From assembly GCA_036271035.1 (NCBI GenBank), contig DATBBK010000063.1:1-62145 (forward strand): a stretch of 62,145 nt of DNA, read 5' to 3'. Below the pieces are notes generated by a model. The model worked only from the letters and a program-made list of their open reading frames with translations, was not told the DNA's origin and made no database searches. Every line of letters starts with the position of its first letter. The first letter of the stretch is position 1. This stretch comes from Thermoanaerobaculia bacterium. Lineage in GTDB: Bacteria; Acidobacteriota; Thermoanaerobaculia; UBA5066; Gp7-AA6. Below, one piece after another: positions 31,481 through 41,928 of the stretch. A program made the position numbers and the translations under genes.

Positions 31481-32052
31481 TTGCGCCCCAGGCGGCGCTC
31501 ATCGCCGCGGGCGAGGCGCGCGAGGTTCTCGCGGTGCTTGACGACGATGAGAACGGCCGCGGCGGCGGCGGCGATCACCGTCGGCTTCGGTTCGTGGAAG
31601 AGGAGTCCGCAGACGGGCGGCAGGAGCACCATGGCGGCGACCGAGCCGAGCGAGACGTAGCGTGTCCCCGCGACGATCGCGACGAACACGCCGACGCAGA
31701 CGAGGGTCGGCAGCGGCGCGAGGGCGAGGAACGCGCCAACGCTCGTCGCGACGCCCTTGCCGCCGCGGAACCCGTAGAACAACGGGAACACGTGGCCGAG
31801 GATCGCGGCGAACGCGGCCAGGGCGGCGGCGCGCGGGTCGGCGGTGACGAGGCGAACCAGCACGACCGCGAGCGCGCCCTTCGCGACGTCGAGCGCCGCG
31901 ACCGCGATACCGAGGCCCTTCCCGTGCGCGCGGAGGACGTTCGTCGCACCCGCGTTGCCGGACCCCTCCGTACGGATGTCCCTGCCCGTCGTGAGCCGGA
32001 CCAGCAGCACGGCGAAGGACACGGAGCCCAGCAGGTAGGCCACGCCGACCAT
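31477..32052 (-). CDS. plsY: glycerol-3-phosphate acyltransferase PlsY
   Basis: Start MVGVAYLLGSVSFAVLL...GSGNAGATNVLR...FRGGKGVAT motifs. 191 aa. Confidence 0.92.
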   Translation of the reverse strand: MVGVAYLLGSVSFAVLLVRLTTGRDIRTEGSGNAGATNVLRAHGKGLGIAVAALDVAKGALAVVLVRLVTADPRAAALAAFAAILGHVFPLFYGFRGGKGVATSVGAFLALAPLPTLVCVGVFVAIVAGTRYVSLGSVAAMVLLPPVCGLLFHEPKPTVIAAAAAAVLIVVKHRENLARLARGDERRLGRK

Positions 32053-32069
32053 GGCCGCGCCGGCCGGGC

Positions 32070-32654
32070 TCACGCGCCGACCTCGGCATGGGACACGAAG
32101 GCGAGAGTCCGCACGGGGGTATGCACGGCTCCCGACGGGCTCAGGCGGCTCGCATAGAGCACGCACTCGTCGCAGCGGAACGGGGGAAGCGGCGCCTCGC
32201 CGAGCGCCGAGCGGAAGGCGTCGACCGCCGCGGCGGGCCACGGATCGCGGATGCGCGCGAGCGTCACGTGCGGGCGGAAGGGCCTGCCCTCCGGCGCAAC
32301 GCCGATTCGCGCCGCGGCGTCCTCGGCGTGGCGGGCCAGCTCCTCCAGCGCGCCGCCGGCGGCGGACGGCGCGAACCCGGCGGCGAGGACCCGCGGGCGT
32401 CCGCGCGGCGGAAGCACGAGCGGACCCCCGGGCGGGAGCGAGCCGCTCGCCGCCGCGGCCGCGTGCGGCGCCAGCTCGGCGGCGAAGCGCTCCGCGTCGG
32501 ACTCCGGGATCTCGCCGAGGAATTTCAGCGTCAGGTGCCACGCCTCCGGCCGAGTCCACGAGGCGCGCGGCAGGTCCCGCCGGAGTCGCGCCGCGAGCGG
32601 CCCGGCGGCCGCGATCCACGCCGGATCGGCGGGTACCGCGAGAAACGCCCTCAC
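32070..32654 (-). CDS. thpR: RNA 2',3'-cyclic phosphodiesterase (2H phosphoesterase, LigT/ThpR)
   Basis: Two HxT/S motifs (HLTLKF, HVTLAR). GTG 32652-32654 overlaps the cinA stop. Confidence 0.85.
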   Translation of the reverse strand: MRAFLAVPADPAWIAAAGPLAARLRRDLPRASWTRPEAWHLTLKFLGEIPESDAERFAAELAPHAAAAASGSLPPGGPLVLPPRGRPRVLAAGFAPSAAGGALEELARHAEDAAARIGVAPEGRPFRPHVTLARIRDPWPAAAVDAFRSALGEAPLPPFRCDECVLYASRLSPSGAVHTPVRTLAFVSHAEVGA

Positions 32655-33915
32655 GCCGGCTCCGCGATGCCGGCGAGCATCCGGCGCAATAGCTCCAGGG
32701 CATGGAGCGCGGCCGTCCGACGGATCACGGCTCGGTCGCCGACGAGGAGGCGCTTCTTCTCGACGGAGGCGCCGCCGCGCGAGACGATCGCGAAGAAGAC
32801 CGTGCCGACCGGCTTCTCGGGCGTGCCGCCGTCGGGTCCCGCGATCCCGGTGATCGCGACCGCGACGTCCGCGTCGAATCTCTCGCGCGCGCCGCGCGCC
32901 ATCTCCAGCGCCGCCGGCGCCGACACCGCCCCGTGCGCGCGCAACGTCTCGGCGGAGACGCCCAGCAGCCGCTCCTTCGCGTCGTTCGCGTACGACACGA
33001 CGGAGCCCACGAAGTACGCGCTCGATCCGGGCACGTCGGTCAGCATCGTCGAGACGAGGCCGCCGGTGCAGGACTCGGCCAGCGCCAGCGTGCGCGTCGC
33101 GTCCCGGAGCAGGCCGCCCACGACGACGGCGAGGTCCTGGCCGTCCTCGCCGAAGATGCGGCTTCCGAGGATGGCCCGGAAGTCCGCCTCCATCTCCGCC
33201 AGCCTGCGGTCCGCCTCGGCGGGCACGCCGCGCGTCACGAGGTGGAGCTGGACCTCGCCGGGCGACGCGAGGATCGTGACGGGATCCTCGCTCCACTTCG
33301 CATACAGCGGCGCGACGAGCTGCTCGACCGCCGACTCCCCCATCCCGGCGATCCGAAGGACGCGACGGCGCGCGACTCGGCCGCCCGCGCGCTCGCGCAG
33401 CTCCGGGAGCACGAGCGTTTCGAAGATCTCCTTCATCTCCGATGGGACGCCGGGCAGGATCACGATCTCGACGCCGTCCTTGCGAGCTCGGAACCCGGGC
33501 GCCGTGCCCTTCGGGTTGGCGAGCACGTCGGCGCCGACGATGAAGTCCGCCTGCTTCGCGTTGCACTCCGCCATGGCGAAGCCGCGGCGCTCGAAGCGCG
33601 CGCGCATCGCCGTCAGGAACGCGTCGTCGCGGCGCAGCGGCGCGCCCAGCCACTCCGCGACCGCCGCGACCGTCACGTCGTCGGCCGTCGGCCCGAGCCC
33701 GCCGGTCGTGACGATCAGCTCCGCGGACTCGGACGCGCGGTCGAGCTCGCCGCGCAGGGCCGGAGGATCGTCGCCGACGATCGACTTGCGGACCACGCGG
33801 ATGCCGGCCTCCTCCAGCCTCGCGGTCAGCCAGAGCGAGTTCGTGTCCTGCCGCAGCGGCCCGAGCATCTCGGAGCCGATCGCGACGATCGCCGCGGTGT
33901 CGGGAGCGCGCGCGC

Positions 33916-33919
<4 letters not shown>
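32651..33919 (-). CDS. cinA: CinA family protein (MoCF-binding plus nicotinamide-nucleotide amidase domains)
   Basis: Start MSARAPDTAAIVAIGSEMLGP (ATGA overlap with the ABC-F stop). C-terminal PncC-like domain ...AESCTGGL... Confidence 0.88.
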
Positions 33920-35919
<2,000 letters not shown>

Positions 35920-35950
35920 GGACGGATTCTAAGCGGACCGGAGCGGCGCG

Positions 35951-37051
35951 CTAGAAGCTCGCGCCCTTCGCGTCGTACCGCCGGCCCCGCCACTCCACCT
36001 CGCGGCGCAGGAAGCGGCGAACGAACGAGCGGACGATGATCTCCGTCCACGCGAGCGCCATGAGCGGCTGCGTGAACGCGGCCCAGAGCGGGTAGCGCAG
36101 GGCCGCCGCCATCCCGAGGCGCGCGGCGACCATGCCCCCCCACCCGGCCGCGGCGAGAACGACGTCGGCGCGGGAGACGGAGGCGCCGAAAAGGGCGGCG
36201 GCCAGCACCGCGGGCGGGAGGACGTACGCCGCGATCGAGAGGAGCGTCGAGAGGGCGAGCAGCACTCCCGTCACGCCGTCGAACACCCACGCGATGTTCT
36301 TCGTGAACCCGTCGCGCACCTCGCGGTAACCGCGGTACATCCGAAGCGACATCCGGTCGTCCGCGCGCGCGATCCGGCAGCGGCCGCCCGACCGCCGCAC
36401 GTTCAACGCGAGGTGGAGATCGTCGATCACCGAGGACCGGATCGCCTCGTGGCCACCGGCGCGCTCGTACGCCCCACGACGCATGAGCATCCCCGCGCCT
36501 GCCCCGACCGCCCACCGCTTCTGGAGGTCGCTGTTCAGGAGAGCGCCGGGGCCCAGGAAGAACGACGCGGGCACGTACGGGAGGAGCACGTTCTCCCAGA
36601 ACCCCTCCATCTCCAGGTGCGGGAACAGCGCGAGCAGGTCGACGCGGCGCGACTCGAGGAGCGCCACGGCCTCCCGCAGCGCGCGGCGGTCGTAGCGGAC
36701 GTCGGCGTCGGCGAGGAGGAGGAGCTCGCCCGTCGCGCGAGTGATGCCCTGATGGAGCGCATGCGGCTTGCCCAGCCAGCCGGGCGGCGGCTCCGCCCCG
36801 TGGACGACGATGAGTCGAGGATGATCCGCGGCGAGCCGGTCGAGGATCGCGCCGGTCGCATCCGTCGACCGGTCGTCCACGACCACGACCTCGAAGCGGT
36901 CCGGCGGATAGTCCTGCTCGAGATGCGAGCGCACCGCGAGCTCGATCGCGAGCTCCTCGTTGCGCGCGGGCACGACGACGGAGACGCGCGGCGGAGCGTC
37001 GGGATCGCCCCCGGGACGCGACGCGACGCGCGACAGCCGCGGTGTGGCCAT
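35951..37051 (-). CDS. family 2 glycosyltransferase (membrane-associated)
   Basis: Contains VSVVVPARNEE...VVVDDRSTD...LLLADAD (DxD). The first canonical in-frame start is ATG 37049-37051, so the start is uncertain. Confidence 0.8.
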   Translation of the reverse strand: MATPRLSRVASRPGGDPDAPPRVSVVVPARNEELAIELAVRSHLEQDYPPDRFEVVVVDDRSTDATGAILDRLAADHPRLIVVHGAEPPPGWLGKPHALHQGITRATGELLLLADADVRYDRRALREAVALLESRRVDLLALFPHLEMEGFWENVLLPYVPASFFLGPGALLNSDLQKRWAVGAGAGMLMRRGAYERAGGHEAIRSSVIDDLHLALNVRRSGGRCRIARADDRMSLRMYRGYREVRDGFTKNIAWVFDGVTGVLLALSTLLSIAAYVLPPAVLAAALFGASVSRADVVLAAAGWGGMVAARLGMAAALRYPLWAAFTQPLMALAWTEIIVRSFVRRFLRREVEWRGRRYDAKGASF

Positions 37052-37134
37052 GAGCGAGGCGACGAGCGCCGCGAGCGAGAGCGCCGAGAGCGCCGCGGAG
37101 ACGACGAGAAGGGCGTGGAGGACTTGCGAGAGCG

Positions 37135-37836
37135 CTACGACAGCGGGACCTTCTGCCGGGCGTCCGCGCGATACGGCGAGGTCGGGAACTCGTTGATGAC
37201 CCGCTGATAGGCGGCGCGCGCGTCGGCGGCGTCGCCGCTCTGCTCGTAGATCTGGCCGAGGGTATAGAGGAGCGCGTCCCTCGGGGCCGGGCTGTTCGGC
37301 GCGTCGATGGCACGCTTCAGGCGCTCGACCGCCTCGGTCGTCTTGCCCTGCGATGCGAGCAGCTTCGCCGCGTCGATCTCGGCCGCGGCGGCGGTCTCCG
37401 ATCGGCCCTGCCGCGCGGCCTTCTCGAACACGTCGACGGTCTGGTTCGGCTTGTCGGCGCCGCCCGCGGCGAGCAGGACCTGCGCGGCCCGGCCCGGCGA
37501 CGTCGATCCGTGCTTCGCGGCCTTCTCGAGCAGCTCGTTCGCGGCCTTCCGCCGCTCCGCGTCGTTCGGGTACGTCTTCGGCGCGGACGCCGCGTCGGGC
37601 TCGGAGGCCAGGGGCGTGTCGAGAACGGCGAGCGCCTCGGACAGCGTGCGACCGGCGCTCCGCGACATCCAGGCGCGATAGGCGAAGAAGCCTCCGACGA
37701 GCACCGCGATGGCCGCGGCGACCGCCGCCGCCTCCGTGACGCCGCGGCGGTGCTCGGAGACGTAGCCGACGGTGCGTTCCATCGTCTCGGCGAGCTCGTT
37801 TCGCTTCAGGTCGCGGCGGGTGATCTTCTGTGCCAT
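37135..37836 (-). CDS. YfgM-like membrane-anchored TPR protein
   Basis: MAQKITRRDLKRNELAE..., a single TM helix, then a TPR-like C-terminal domain. Confidence 0.75.
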   Translation of the reverse strand: MAQKITRRDLKRNELAETMERTVGYVSEHRRGVTEAAAVAAAIAVLVGGFFAYRAWMSRSAGRTLSEALAVLDTPLASEPDAASAPKTYPNDAERRKAANELLEKAAKHGSTSPGRAAQVLLAAGGADKPNQTVDVFEKAARQGRSETAAAAEIDAAKLLASQGKTTEAVERLKRAIDAPNSPAPRDALLYTLGQIYEQSGDAADARAAYQRVINEFPTSPYRADARQKVPLS

Positions 37837-37922
37837 CGAGCGGTTTCTCCTCGAAAAAACGGCGCATTATACAGCCGCCGGCGCGGCCGGAGGAGGGGGG
37901 CCGGAGGCTATACTCGAAGCCC

Positions 37923-38519
37923 ATGGCGAGCGACGAGATCAAGATTACCGGCGAGCCATCCAAGGACGGCGACCGCTGCGCGTTCCTCGTCGACCGGCCG
38001 GTTCTCCCCGGCGAGTCGGCGCACTTCTCCGACCCGAAGGACGCCGAGGCCCACTCTCCCCTCGCGGCGGAGCTGCTCGCGATGCCCGGCGTCGAGTCCG
38101 CGCTCCTCGCCGAGAACACCGTCACGGTCAGCGCGGCGCACGCCGTGGACTGGCCGGCCCTGGGGATCGGGAACGTCATCCGCCGCCACCTGCGCTCGGG
38201 AGCGCCGATCGTCACCGCCGAATTCTTCGATTCGATGCCGTCCGAGTCCGACCTCAAGTGGGCGATCGGCGACCTCCTCGACCGCGAGATCAACCCGGCG
38301 GTCGCGCAGCACGGCGGGTGGGTCGAGCTGATCGACGTCCGGCGCAACAACGTCTACCTCCGGCTCGGCGGCGGGTGCCAGGGCTGCGGCGCCGCCGACG
38401 TCACCCTCAAGCAGGGCATCGAGAAGGCGATCCGCGGACTCGCTCCCTCCGTCGGCGAGATCCTCGACACGACCGACCACGCCTCGGGCCGCAACCCCTT
38501 CTACGCACCGTCCAAGTAG
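37923..38519 (+). CDS. Nfu/NifU-type Fe-S cluster scaffold/carrier protein (Nfu_N plus NifU C-terminal domain)
   Basis: Start MASDEIKITGEP. CxxC motif GGGCQGCG in the C-terminal domain. Confidence 0.85.
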   Translation: MASDEIKITGEPSKDGDRCAFLVDRPVLPGESAHFSDPKDAEAHSPLAAELLAMPGVESALLAENTVTVSAAHAVDWPALGIGNVIRRHLRSGAPIVTAEFFDSMPSESDLKWAIGDLLDREINPAVAQHGGWVELIDVRRNNVYLRLGGGCQGCGAADVTLKQGIEKAIRGLAPSVGEILDTTDHASGRNPFYAPSK

Positions 38520-38554
38520 CCGTCGGCAGCCAGCAAGGCGATCGGCAGCGAGCC

Positions 38555-38584
38555 GTCGATATATTAGCGTTTGCTAATACATCG
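38555..38584 (+). repeat. AT-rich hairpin/palindrome, copy B (GTCGATATATTAGC-GTTT-GCTAATACATCG)
   Basis: Same arms and flanks as copy A. Lies 11-40 nt beyond the ATP-grasp stop codon. Confidence 0.75.
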
Positions 38585-38594
38585 TACCGCGGCG

Positions 38595-39872
38595 TCAGCC
38601 CTCCCCGGGCGTGATCCGGATCTCGAGTGCCGCGTTCGCCGCTCGGAGCGCGCGCTCGGCCCGCTCCGGCGTCGCCGCGCGGGCGAAGACGAAACCGAGG
38701 TAGCGCGATCCCTCGGGCAGCGGCACCAGCCGCTGGCCCGGATGCGCCGAGACGATCACGTCCTCCACATCCGGCACGGCGCGCGCCGCCGCGAGGTGGC
38801 GCACCTCCTCGAGGATGCCCGCTCGGGGTGTCGGAATCATCATCACCCCCGAGGCCGCCTCCTCGCGCGGCGGCGGAACGCCGCGCCCGAGCGCGTGCCG
38901 CAGGACGACCTCCTCGAGCGAGACCGTCTCACTCGTCTCACTCGACTCACTTGACGCCGGCTCCGCGAAGCGCAGCGCGCGGCCGCAGAGACCGCCGATG
39001 GTCCGCGCGGCGATCTCGAGCACGACGGGGCCGGAGGGCGGCAGCCGCAGCTCGGCGTGGATCGGTCCGTGCACGAGCCCGAGCGCCTTGGCCGCGTCGC
39101 CGGCGGCGCGGGCGATCGCCGCCCGGACCTCCGCGGATCGGCGCGAGGGCGTGACGTAGATCGTCTCCTCGAAGAACGGCCCATCGAGCGGGTCGGGCTT
39201 GTCGAAGATCGCGAGCACCTCGAGCTCGCCCGCCGTCAGCAGTCCCTCGACGGCGACCTCGTCACCCGGCACGAACTCCTCGACGAGGACGGTCTGCGCG
39301 TTCTCACCGCCGCGGCGCGCGACCTCGGGATCCGCGAGGATCGCCGCGAGCCGCTCCCACGCCGCGCGCAGCGCGTCGGGCGAGTCGGCCCGGATGACGC
39401 CGCGGCTTCCGGAGAGAAACGTCGGCTTGACGACGCACGGAAGGCGGACGCGCGCGGCGACGGCATCGGCGCCGGCCTCGAGCGGCTCGGCGCGCCAGCG
39501 CGGGGCCGCCAGGCCGGCCGCATCCATCCGCTCGCGGAACAGCCGCTTGTCCCGCGCCGCCGCGACCGCCTCGGGAGGATTCGCGCGCGCGATCCCCAGG
39601 GTCCGCGCGATCCGCGCCGCGGCGAGGGCCGTCTCCTCGTCGACGCCGAGCACCGCGTCCACGCCGCCGCGCGACGCGAGCTCCGACGCCGCGCGCTCGC
39701 ACGCACGCGCGTCGCGGAAGTCGATCGTCATGAGCCCGGCGGGGTTGAGGCGCTCCAGCGTGCTCGGCCGCTCCGACCCCACGACCGTCTCCACGCCGAG
39801 CCGCGCGGCGGCGTGGAGGTAGTCGGCAGTCCGGTACGTCGACGTCGGCAGGAGCAGAAGGACTCGCGGCAC
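38595..39872 (-). CDS. ATP-grasp domain ligase (carboxylate-amine/L-amino-acid-ligase-like)
   Basis: 425 aa. Contains VVKPTFLSGSRG, VLVEEFVPGDEVAVEG and HAELRL...LEIAARTIGG motifs of the ATP-grasp_4 type. GTG start. Confidence 0.85.
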   Translation of the reverse strand: MPRVLLLLPTSTYRTADYLHAAARLGVETVVGSERPSTLERLNPAGLMTIDFRDARACERAASELASRGGVDAVLGVDEETALAAARIARTLGIARANPPEAVAAARDKRLFRERMDAAGLAAPRWRAEPLEAGADAVAARVRLPCVVKPTFLSGSRGVIRADSPDALRAAWERLAAILADPEVARRGGENAQTVLVEEFVPGDEVAVEGLLTAGELEVLAIFDKPDPLDGPFFEETIYVTPSRRSAEVRAAIARAAGDAAKALGLVHGPIHAELRLPPSGPVVLEIAARTIGGLCGRALRFAEPASSESSETSETVSLEEVVLRHALGRGVPPPREEAASGVMMIPTPRAGILEEVRHLAAARAVPDVEDVIVSAHPGQRLVPLPEGSRYLGFVFARAATPERAERALRAANAALEIRITPGEG

Positions 39873-39921
39873 GGTGCGATGCTATGCGGCCCGGCATCTC
39901 CGCGCCTCGACCGGAGCCGGG

Positions 39922-39948
39922 GACGTATTAGCCTCAGCTAATGGATCG
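39922..39948 (-). repeat. AT-rich hairpin/palindrome, copy C (inverted: CGATCCATTAGC-TGAG-GCTAATACGTC on the minus strand)
   Basis: The reverse complement matches copies A and B, including the GCTAATACGTCC flank. Lies in the divergent region between the ATP-grasp gene and the 38-aa ORF. Confidence 0.75.
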
Positions 39949-39973
39949 TGCGCAATGGCGTTACCATCGGCGC

Positions 39974-40090
39974 ATGAAGTCCAAGCGCATGGCGCCCTCG
40001 AAGCCCCGCAAGTCCGCCTCGAAGGCCGTGAAGAAGAAGAACAAGACGTCGCGGCGCAAACCCATCATGCGCCACTCCAAGGAGGGCTGA
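39974..40090 (+). CDS. 38-aa highly basic Lys/Ser/Pro/Arg-rich micro-protein (hypothetical)
   Basis: MKSKRMAPSKPRKSASKAVKKKNKTSRRKPIMRHSKEG. All but one codon (aaa, Lys29) end in G/C, which is strong coding-type bias. No obvious SD. Too short to appear in the ORF track. Confidence 0.45.
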   Translation: MKSKRMAPSKPRKSASKAVKKKNKTSRRKPIMRHSKEG

Positions 40091-40097
40091 CCGCCCG

Positions 40098-41216
40098 TCA
40101 GGGATTCGTTTCGGCGGGCAGCTGCTGGAAGTAGCCGTGGAGCTCGCGGAGCGCGCCGCGGTCCACCTGCTGCTGCCGGACGGACTCGCGGACCAGGGCG
40201 AGCGCGGCCACTCCCTCGGGCGCCATCTTCAGCTCCATGATGACCGGGAGCGCTGCCGAGACTTCGCGCAGCGCCTCGACCTCGCGTCCTTCCTCGAGGA
40301 GCAGATCGGCGACGACGAGATTCAGCGCCGCGATGTCGGCGCGCATCCCGAGACCCTCGAACTCCTCCTGGGCGCGCCGGTAGGCTCCGATTGCCGCCGG
40401 GCGCTTCCCGGTCTCGCGCAGGAGCGTGGCGAGCCCCCACTGCACCTTCGCGAGCGCGACGCGGTCGTTCAGACGCTTCAGCGGCGGGACGGCGCGCGCG
40501 GACGCCGCGATGGCATTCTCGGTGTCGCCGAGCATTCCGTAGATGTGCGTCAGGTTCGCGTAGGCCTGTGCCGTGAGGCGCGCGTTGCCCAGGGCCTCGG
40601 CCTCGGACGCGATCTCCTGGAAGAGCGCGATCGCCTCGCCGAGCTCGTCCGTCTCCATGAGCGCGAGGCCCTCGAGGAAGCGGCACTTCACGGCGTCGTC
40701 GTTCATGTCGAGCTTCCGGAAGGTGTCGATCAGGGGCGGGAGCATCTCCCGCACGAAATCGATCTGGCGCTCCTCGAGCCGCTCCGCGAGGCGCTGATAC
40801 GAGAGGCGAGACAGGTCTCCCACGACGTTGATCGTGTGGCGGAAACCCGCCTCGGCGCGGTCGAACCACTGGTGCGCCTCCTCGCGGCGCGCGAGCTGGC
40901 GGCAGGCGGCGCCGCAGAGCAGGGCCGTTTCGCCCAGGAAGTACTCGCGCTCGTCGAACAGGCCGATATCTCGGACGGGCTTCTCGAGGAAGCGATACAG
41001 GAACTCGGCCTCCTCGCGGAGCGCCGCAGGCGACGCCTCCATGGTCCGGCGCAGCGCCGCGCAGAGCGCCAGCAGCGTCTCCGGATCCTCAAGCGCGAGA
41101 GCCTCGGCCATCGCGGCGCGCTCGGGAATCGGCGTCCGCAGGACGCGGTCGGCCGCCGCCTCTCCGGCCTCGGACGAGAGCGGCGGACGCGGGAAGTGGA
41201 TGACGCGGCCTGTCAT
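40098..41216 (-). CDS. TPR-like helical-repeat protein, function unknown
   Basis: 372 aa, all-helical repeats (e.g. AIALFQEIASEAEALGNARLTAQAYANLTHIYGMLGD). ATGA overlap with the upstream 125-aa gene. Confidence 0.7.
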   Translation of the reverse strand: MTGRVIHFPRPPLSSEAGEAAADRVLRTPIPERAAMAEALALEDPETLLALCAALRRTMEASPAALREEAEFLYRFLEKPVRDIGLFDEREYFLGETALLCGAACRQLARREEAHQWFDRAEAGFRHTINVVGDLSRLSYQRLAERLEERQIDFVREMLPPLIDTFRKLDMNDDAVKCRFLEGLALMETDELGEAIALFQEIASEAEALGNARLTAQAYANLTHIYGMLGDTENAIAASARAVPPLKRLNDRVALAKVQWGLATLLRETGKRPAAIGAYRRAQEEFEGLGMRADIAALNLVVADLLLEEGREVEALREVSAALPVIMELKMAPEGVAALALVRESVRQQQVDRGALRELHGYFQQLPAETNP

Positions 41217-41590
41217 CGATCCCCCTCGAGCTTCTGCGCCAGCTCGACGGCCACGTCGTCGGGCTCGCGGGCGAGCAGCGCGTTCAGCGACGCGTCCTGC
41301 GAGGCCGCACCGCCCAGCTTCCAGAGCTGGAAGGAGCGGCCGTACTGACAGGTGGCGGAGAGCAGCGACACGCGCAGCATTCGTTCCGGCATGTGGCCGC
41401 CGCGTCGCGAGAGACGCTGGAACCAGACGAGCAGATCCTCCTCGGCGCCGCGCGCCTCCTCCTCCGTGAGGCGGTAGTCGGAGACCAGCGTCGAGTGAAT
41501 GACCGAAAGTGTCCGCGCGAAGACGGACTGAACGTCGTCGTGCGGCCGGGAGGAGGGTTTTTCCACGCGCGTCACGAAGCGTAACACCAC
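41213..41590 (-). CDS. hypothetical 125-aa protein with a sigma-70 region-2-like segment (no region 4)
   Basis: GTG start with GGGGGA upstream. By eye, ...EEARGAEEDLLVWFQRLSRR...LRVSLLSATCQYGRSF resembles ECF sigma region 2.1-2.2. Confidence 0.55.
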   Translation of the reverse strand: MVLRFVTRVEKPSSRPHDDVQSVFARTLSVIHSTLVSDYRLTEEEARGAEEDLLVWFQRLSRRGGHMPERMLRVSLLSATCQYGRSFQLWKLGGAASQDASLNALLAREPDDVAVELAQKLEGDR

Positions 41591-41650
41591 GGACGTCCCC
41601 CGGGGAAGCCGTCGCGACGCTTCGAAACGAACGACCTCAGGCGAAAGGGC

Positions 41651-41791
41651 TTACATCGGGATGATGCCGCCCAGCTTGATCGTGAAACGTGTGGACTTCT
41701 TCTCGCGCGGCCAGGACGCTGGACGCGTCGCGGTGGGCTCGTTCGAGGGCTGACGCTCCGGAGCGCGGGCGGGAACCTGAGTGGTGGCCAT
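41651..41791 (-). CDS. 46-aa hypothetical peptide
   Basis: MATTQVPARAPERQPSNEPTATRPASWPREKKSTRFTIKLGGIIPM. Near-consensus SD AAGGAGA 7 nt upstream of the ATG. Same strand as, and 60 nt upstream of, the 125-aa gene. Confidence 0.5.
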   Translation of the reverse strand: MATTQVPARAPERQPSNEPTATRPASWPREKKSTRFTIKLGGIIPM

Positions 41792-41892
41792 GAGGCTGTC
41801 TCCTTTCACCGAGAGGACCGGCGCACGGCCGGACCAAAAATGAAGCGCGACTATTGAATCACAGCGCGGCGCCGAGGGCACCGGGACTCGTC

Positions 41893-41922
41893 GTGACCGC
41901 AGGTTTCGGCGCTGTTTAGAAT
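41893..41922 (+). promoter_or_regulatory. possible sigma70-type promoter giving a leaderless ndh mRNA
   Basis: GTGACC-N18-TAGAAT. The -10 hexamer ends 6 nt before the ATG at 41929 and there is no SD. Confidence 0.35.
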
Positions 41923-41928
41923 CCCGAT

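Noticed and set aside
37052-37134. An in-frame hydrophobic stretch (ALSQVLHALLVVSAALSALSLAALVASL) directly upstream of the GT2 ATG, suggesting a longer protein with an N-terminal TM helix.
   Set aside because: No ATG/GTG/TTG codon exists in that frame between the yfgM-like stop region and ATG 37051, or further upstream within the overlap. Ala/Leu-rich translation is expected by chance in GC-rich DNA. Flagged as start-uncertain only.
38555-38584. The AT-rich hairpins as CIRCE (HrcA) operators, because of the TTAGC...GCTAA ends.
   Set aside because: CIRCE is TTAGCACTC-N9-GAGTGCTAA. These sites lack the ACTC/GAGT inner arms, have a 4-nt spacer, and are not next to chaperone genes.
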